This document shows positions 59,252 to 64,000 of a DNA stretch of 64,000 nucleotides, piece by piece (position 1 is the first letter of the stretch; every line of letters starts with the position of its first letter). A program made the translations under genes and the position numbers. The notes below the pieces were generated by a model. It searched no databases, had not been told where the DNA came from, and saw nothing but the letters and a program-made list of their open reading frames with translations. The DNA is from Patescibacteria group bacterium. Its GTDB lineage: Bacteria > Patescibacteriota > Minisyncoccia > Phycocordibacterales > UBA9973. The stretch covers positions 23,619 to 87,618 of the forward strand of contig JBBTUE010000001.1 in assembly GCA_038063915.1 (NCBI GenBank). Direction: 5' to 3'.

Positions 59252-60829
59252 TTATTCCATCGCTTTCATCATTTGTTTCGCTACAGCCTCAACCACAGGA
59301 ACACTCACAGAGTTTCCTGCTTGTTTATATAGAGCTGAGTCAGAGATTTTTGGCAAAATATAATCTTTTGGGAATCCTTGAATTCTAAAGCATTCTAAAG
59401 GAGTAAGTTTTCGTATGCCTATTTTGTCTTTTATAATAGGCACGTTGTGCCCACCCATTCCCATATTTGCTGTTAATGTTGGGCAAACCCCACTTTTGTT
59501 TTCTCTTACATATTGTCTACGCCATTGATATACTTTACCTTCCTCTTTTATATCTTTCTTAAGTTTTTCAAAAAGAGGTTTACCATTGTAATAATATTTT
59601 TCAGGCACGTTTTTCTCTAATATATCGGTGATTTTTTTAGTTAGTTTGATTGGGTGAGGGAATTCAAATTTTTCAGAATAATCCTTATTTTTAAAACCCA
59701 CTATATAAATGCGCTCTCTATTCTGTGGGATATTCCCATATTCCATGCTATTTAGAATTTTTGATTTTACAAAATACCCCATTTCCTTTAATCTTTCCTC
59801 AATAACTTTAAAAGTATTGCCTCCGTCATGACTTTTCAAATTCTTAACATTTTCTAAAAGAAATCCTTCAGGTTTTCTTTCTTCTAAAATCTCTGCCAGT
59901 TTATTAAATAAATTTCCTCTACCTTTTTCATCATCAAAACCTTTTCTATATCCAGCTATTGAAAACGGTTGGCAAGGGAATCCTGCCAAAAGGAAATCAA
60001 ATTTAGGTAAATCATCTATGCCAAGTACATTTAAGTCTTCTACTACAAGTTTTGAGTCCTTAAAATTTAAATCATATGTTTGCCTGCAAGGTTCATCGAA
60101 ATCATTTGCAAAAACTGTTTTAAACCCAGCGTTCTCAAATCCTAAGCGTATTCCACCTACACCTGCAAACAGATCAATTGTTTTAAACCCATGTTTAGTC
60201 TTTTTCGCAACTGACTTTTCTGGCTTATTAGTGATATTACTTATAACTTGAACAACAATACCTCGCACCTCAACATCTGTTCTAAATAGTGTAGGCATAT
60301 TTGGGTTTCTTGGTTCAAGGTTAAAACCTTTTCCTTTTCTATAAAGTTTTTTTAATGTCGCTTCGTTATCGTCAATAATAGCCACAACAGTCTGACCATT
60401 TTCAGCAACAGATTGGTTTTTTATTATCACAATATCACCATCAAAAATACCGTCATCTATCATAGAATCTCCAACGACACGTAGTGCGTAATATCCTTCT
60501 GACGATCTAATTTGTGGATTTATGACAGAAACTGAGCCATCTCTTTCTTCTATTGCTGGGAGTGGGTATCCAGCTTTAATGCTTCCAAGTATTGGAATTT
60601 CAATTACTGGTCTAATTTCTTTTTTTAAAATTAAGCTCCTAGCCGAATTATTAGACTTCGAAAGATACCCTTTTGATTTTAGAGAATTTATATGTTCATG
60701 TATCGTAGAAACTGCTTTTAGTTTTAACCTTTTTCGTATTTCTTCGATGGTAGGGGATATACCGTTTTCCTGAGTATAATTATCTATAAAATCTAATACA
60801 TTTTTTTGTTTTCTTGTTATTGTCTTCAT
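59252..60829 (-). CDS. LexA repressor - DNA (cytosine-5) methyltransferase fusion
   Basis: wHTH (SPTIEEI), AG cleavage site (IKAGYP), GDSM, TLKK; then DLFAGVGG, GFPCQPFS, ENVKNL, QNRERIY, YKQAGNSV in one frame. Confidence 0.92.
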   Translation of the reverse strand: MKTITRKQKNVLDFIDNYTQENGISPTIEEIRKRLKLKAVSTIHEHINSLKSKGYLSKSNNSARSLILKKEIRPVIEIPILGSIKAGYPLPAIEERDGSVSVINPQIRSSEGYYALRVVGDSMIDDGIFDGDIVIIKNQSVAENGQTVVAIIDDNEATLKKLYRKGKGFNLEPRNPNMPTLFRTDVEVRGIVVQVISNITNKPEKSVAKKTKHGFKTIDLFAGVGGIRLGFENAGFKTVFANDFDEPCRQTYDLNFKDSKLVVEDLNVLGIDDLPKFDFLLAGFPCQPFSIAGYRKGFDDEKGRGNLFNKLAEILEERKPEGFLLENVKNLKSHDGGNTFKVIEERLKEMGYFVKSKILNSMEYGNIPQNRERIYIVGFKNKDYSEKFEFPHPIKLTKKITDILEKNVPEKYYYNGKPLFEKLKKDIKEEGKVYQWRRQYVRENKSGVCPTLTANMGMGGHNVPIIKDKIGIRKLTPLECFRIQGFPKDYILPKISDSALYKQAGNSVSVPVVEAVAKQMMKAME

Positions 60830-61009
60830 ATTTATCATATTTTGCTACATTTACATTATATACGAATAAAAACCGAAAACTAAGGCAGTTATACACAGTT
60901 TCTACACACATTTATCACCAAAGTATACTTTTCGTTAAATGTCAAGGTGATATAATTAATAAGTAGAAGAGAAAGTCGAACTCATTAAAGAACTACAAGT
61001 CTAAAATTT

Positions 61010-61255
61010 ATGGCAAAGTTACCAAAATTTACTCTCGAGTACAACGAGAAAAAAGACCGCTGGGACCTAGAACAGGATAAAACTCATAAGGTAGTTAAGT
61101 CTTTTGAAACAAAGGAAGATGCCACTACGGGTGGCGTTCTCAGAAAAATCCTTGGTGAAGATGGCGGGTCAGTTAAAATCCAGAAAGAAGATGGAAAGTT
61201 TCAGGAAGAACGAACATACCCAAAAAGTGCTGACCCTAAAGAATCGGAAGGATAG
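61010..61255 (+). CDS. DUF2188-like small protein
   Basis: W...FETKEDA...SVKIQKEDGKFQEERTYP..DP..S.G. Confidence 0.8.
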   Translation: MAKLPKFTLEYNEKKDRWDLEQDKTHKVVKSFETKEDATTGGVLRKILGEDGGSVKIQKEDGKFQEERTYPKSADPKESEG

Positions 61256-61369
61256 GTTAACTTGAGCAAAAAAACTGGTTTATAACGCGCTTGATAGATA
61301 GAGAAAATCTGTACTCGTTAGCTCAGTACTATAATCCATGATAGCGGTAGAAAAGTTTTACCTAGCTCA

Positions 61370-61400
61370 TTAAAAACCACTCGTCGATAGTGGTTTTTAA
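61370..61400 (+). terminator. Terminator-like hairpin
   Basis: TTAAAAACCACT...AGTGGTTTTTAA. Confidence 0.65.
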
Positions 61401-61440
61401 TTGTTAATTCTTTTAATAACATTCTGGTATAATAAAAGTT

Positions 61441-61680
61441 ATGGAAAATAGTCAAAAAGATAATGATAAAAAATCTGAACGAAATTATCTCAATGTAATA
61501 CTTGTGTTTGCAACAATTCAGGTAATTATTACAATTTTACAATTTGTACAATCATCACTGAATTCTGCTACAAACTTAGGTAGATGGTTTGGAGCTGTTG
61601 GTATTACAGTTGTCGTAATTATGATGTGGTATATGTATAAGGTAATAAAAAATGAGAATAAACAAAAGAAATTTAAATAG
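61441..61680 (+). CDS. Small two-TM membrane protein
   Basis: Two hydrophobic helices; TGGTATAAT promoter 7 nt upstream. Confidence 0.7.
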   Translation: MENSQKDNDKKSERNYLNVILVFATIQVIITILQFVQSSLNSATNLGRWFGAVGITVVVIMMWYMYKVIKNENKQKKFK

Positions 61681-61873
61681 TGGATTTATTGGACTTTTGA
61701 TGCTTTTGATTGGAGTGGCAATTATAATATTTTTCATTGTTCGGACGGATTTGTTTACCGGTAATAAAGACGGCAAAAATATGATAGAGCAGAAGACAAG
61801 TGCCCTAGATCAAGCTAAAGATGTAAAAGCTCAGCTTGAGGAGAATAGTAGAAAAGCAACCGAACAACAATGA
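61652..61873 (+). CDS. Small prepilin-like membrane protein
   Basis: Basic leader then G|FIGLLMLLIGVAII (class III-like signal, lacks Glu+5). Confidence 0.55.
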   Translation: MRINKRNLNSGFIGLLMLLIGVAIIIFFIVRTDLFTGNKDGKNMIEQKTSALDQAKDVKAQLEENSRKATEQQ

Positions 61874-61980
61874 AAACCGAATCAATTCTTATTCTTCCAT
61901 TTATTCGCTCGGTGCTCAAATATGGCCCTTGTTATGCAAAACCTAGTAGTATTTGCTTCGCTGATACTCGTGTGACATAA
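61870..61980 (+). pseudogene. Truncated duplicate of the SpoU/TrmH gene N-terminus
   Basis: MKTESILILPFIRSVLKYG vs KIESILILPSIRSALNVG at ~62670. Confidence 0.6.
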
Positions 61981-61987
61981 TGCTATT

Positions 61988-62668
61988 ATGAAATTTGAAT
62001 CCCCTGAGGAAATCACAAAAAGAGCACAACAAGAGATTAATAACAGGCTAGACCCTGATTTCGAGCAGAAATACCAAGCCGTTAAACCCGCTCTTGATAA
62101 ATACGCAGAGGTAAAATTTATAGAGGAAAATACCAAGAAAGCCCAAGCTTTGAAGGAACGAAAAGAAAAGGAAAATGATCAAATTGAAGAAATAAGACAA
62201 TCCTTGGGTGCAACTTCTGAACAGGCTAGAAACACAATAGGGCTCGAGTTAAATATGCATTCAAAAGAGAAAATAAATGAACGAGCTCAAAATAGAATAA
62301 ATATGATTAGAGGAACTATACCAAAAGAAACCCTAGATCAGCCATGGTCAGCAAAAGCGGAAGAGGTCCTCAAGCAGTCTGGTGTCGAGAAACGTTTCCC
62401 TACTGAAGAGGCGCCAGTAGCTTCTCCAGTAGAAGTTTTAATAAACGAAAAAGTAGAAGACCAAAAACTTGGTACTCCAGAGGGTAGGGCACGCAATGTA
62501 ATGTCTATGATAGAGAACGGAAAACTCGATACAAACGAAAAGAAAGCTAAAAATCTAATTAATTTTAACGAACGAATTAATGCACTACAGCAAGAAAGAA
62601 GTGAAAAGAAAAACAAAATCCAACAACTCGTATCGTGGTGGAAAACTCTCGGTGAAAGAAATAATTAA
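61988..62668 (+). CDS. Coiled-coil hypothetical protein
   Basis: Charged helical ORF with own TGACATAAT promoter. Confidence 0.75.
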   Translation: MKFESPEEITKRAQQEINNRLDPDFEQKYQAVKPALDKYAEVKFIEENTKKAQALKERKEKENDQIEEIRQSLGATSEQARNTIGLELNMHSKEKINERAQNRINMIRGTIPKETLDQPWSAKAEEVLKQSGVEKRFPTEEAPVASPVEVLINEKVEDQKLGTPEGRARNVMSMIENGKLDTNEKKAKNLINFNERINALQQERSEKKNKIQQLVSWWKTLGERNN

Positions 62669-63149
62669 TAATAAAATAGAGTCTATTCTCATTCTCCCCT
62701 CTATCCGATCCGCTCTCAACGTCGGGGCGATGTTTAGGACAGCAGATGCAGTGGGGATAAGCAAGATTTATTTGACGGGGACGACGCCGAGCCCTAGTGA
62801 TAGGTTTGGTAGGGTACAGAAGGATATTGCTAAAAGCGCACTTGGGGCGGAAACTTGGGTCTCATGGGAATATAAAAAAAGTTTACCCACTCTTATTTCT
62901 AAATTAAAAAAAGACGGTTTTAAAATTATCGCTATTGAGCAAGACAAGAGAGCAGTAGATTACAGAAAAGTATCCACCAAAAGCATGCATAAAGTTGCTA
63001 TCATACTTGGCCCTGAAGTAGAAGGCCTAGATAAAAAGATATTAGATAAATGCGACGCCACTGCCTATATTCCAATGCACGGGAAGAAAGAGTCGCTCAA
63101 TGTATCTGTTGCTGCAGGGATCGCCCTATTTAGAATTTTAGGTAAGTAG
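62652..63149 (+). CDS. SpoU/TrmH-family RNA methyltransferase
   Basis: NVGAMFRTADAVG, LGPEVEGL, IPMHGKKESLNVSVAAGI; start uncertain (GTG 62652 or ATG 62580). Confidence 0.9.
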   Translation: MKEIINNKIESILILPSIRSALNVGAMFRTADAVGISKIYLTGTTPSPSDRFGRVQKDIAKSALGAETWVSWEYKKSLPTLISKLKKDGFKIIAIEQDKRAVDYRKVSTKSMHKVAIILGPEVEGLDKKILDKCDATAYIPMHGKKESLNVSVAAGIALFRILGK

Positions 63150-64000
63150 TTATTTCTGGCAATGAGGGCAGAATACTGTTGCGCGATTGTTGATGAGAAT
63201 TTTTTCTAATGGTTTTTTGCATCGGACGCACGCTTTGCCAGCCTTGCCGTAGACTTTGTGCTCTCTAGCATAGTTACCCATAGATTCGTCGAGCAGGCGA
63301 TAGGTGGCCACCGACGACCCTCCAGTTTTTATCGCTCTTTTCATAATACTAACAATTTTTCCATGGAGCTTTTTAACTTCACTCTGTTTCAAGGTCGATG
63401 CATTTCGGCGAGGGTCAATACCTGATTCAAACAAACTTTCGTCTGTATAAATATTACCTACACCGGTTACAACTTCTTGCCCCATTAGGACTGTTTTTAT
63501 TCTACTCCTTCTATTTTTTAGTGAGCCTTGAAAATATTTCACGGTAAAACTTTTATCCAGTGGTTCCTTGCCGAGCAACTCGAAGTGATTTTCTTTTTCA
63601 AACGCACTGGTAGTAGGGTAGTAGAGGAGGTAGCCAAACATACGAGTGTCATTATAATATAGTGTCCCATTAGCTAATTTGAAAATAATATGAGTATGTT
63701 TGTTGGGCAAAGTTTTTTCAGATATCTCTATCGGGTGGCCTCCGATTATTTTATTTTTCCCACTTGAGGATTTGTATACAAATTGCCCCGTCATTTTTAG
63801 GTGAGCCAGTATTATTTTGTTGTGGCTCAACTTAAAAATTAAATTTTTTGCCCTACGCTCCACAGAGACAAAATGCTCACCCTTAAGTCCCCGAATAAAC
63901 TCTTCTCGTTTCTTTTTAGAGGCAGTACGAATAGTACCCTTGCCCGATACGAGCTTTGGCTTATTTACTATCACTTTTAGAATTTTTTGCCCAAGGATTG
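63150..64000 (-). CDS. mutM: Formamidopyrimidine-DNA glycosylase (N-terminus beyond window end)
   Basis: RRAKNL, HLKMTG, DTRMFG, GVGNIYTDESLF, C-terminal CxxC...CPHCQ zinc finger. Confidence 0.95.
   Translation of the reverse strand, partial: ILGQKILKVIVNKPKLVSGKGTIRTASKKKREEFIRGLKGEHFVSVERRAKNLIFKLSHNKIILAHLKMTGQFVYKSSSGKNKIIGGHPIEISEKTLPNKHTHIIFKLANGTLYYNDTRMFGYLLYYPTTSAFEKENHFELLGKEPLDKSFTVKYFQGSLKNRRSRIKTVLMGQEVVTGVGNIYTDESLFESGIDPRRNASTLKQSEVKKLHGKIVSIMKRAIKTGGSSVATYRLLDESMGNYAREHKVYGKAGKACVRCKKPLEKILINNRATVFCPHCQK

Noticed and set aside
61313-61350. CTCGTTAGCTCAGT resembling a tRNA 5' fragment/att site
   Set aside because: Short match, opposite orientation to tRNA-Lys, no cloverleaf and no integrase nearby.
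962-62616. Many short antisense/overlapping ORFs in the track (e.g. 6683-7138, 10512-11036, 26152-26934, 42188-42598)
   Set aside because: They are shadows of well-supported genes on the opposite strand, with no motifs or independent signals.
1-64000. CRISPR array, cas genes, rRNA, transposases
   Set aside because: No regularly spaced direct repeats, rRNA-like stretches or transposase motifs were seen.
1-64000. Alternative genetic code (UGA=Gly, as in Gracilibacteria)
   Set aside because: Conserved genes are full length under code 11, and dnaN and tsaE end at TGA.

Overview
Chromosomal window of a small-genome, AT-rich bacterium that looks like Patescibacteria/CPR (Parcubacteria-like), using genetic code 11. 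It contains the replication-origin gene block (jag-yidC-yidD-rnpA-rpmH / dnaA-dnaN with DnaA boxes) and housekeeping genes (rpsO, pnp, uvrD/pcrA, rsmA, tyrS, ruvBC, polA, tsaE, fpg, tRNA-Lys). It also carries a CPR-type VirB4/PrgI/VirB6-like secretion cluster with a pilin fused to two peptidoglycan enzymes, large orphan proteins, and a tRNA-adjacent accessory block with a Bsp6I-like endonuclease and a LexA-C5-methyltransferase fusion. The most striking unexplained structure is at 0.56-3.4 kb: a TrpR/YerC(HisR)-like repressor with tandem palindromic operators heads an operon (LOG-family, AstE/AspA-like deacylase, PRTase-like). The operon is punctuated by two homologous, apparently histidine-sensing attenuators, one of which uses the repressor's own His-His-His C-terminus as the leader peptide. 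Two candidate structured ncRNAs, widespread leaderless promoters and a very acidic micro-ORF were also seen. All calls are from motif reading; no database searches were run.
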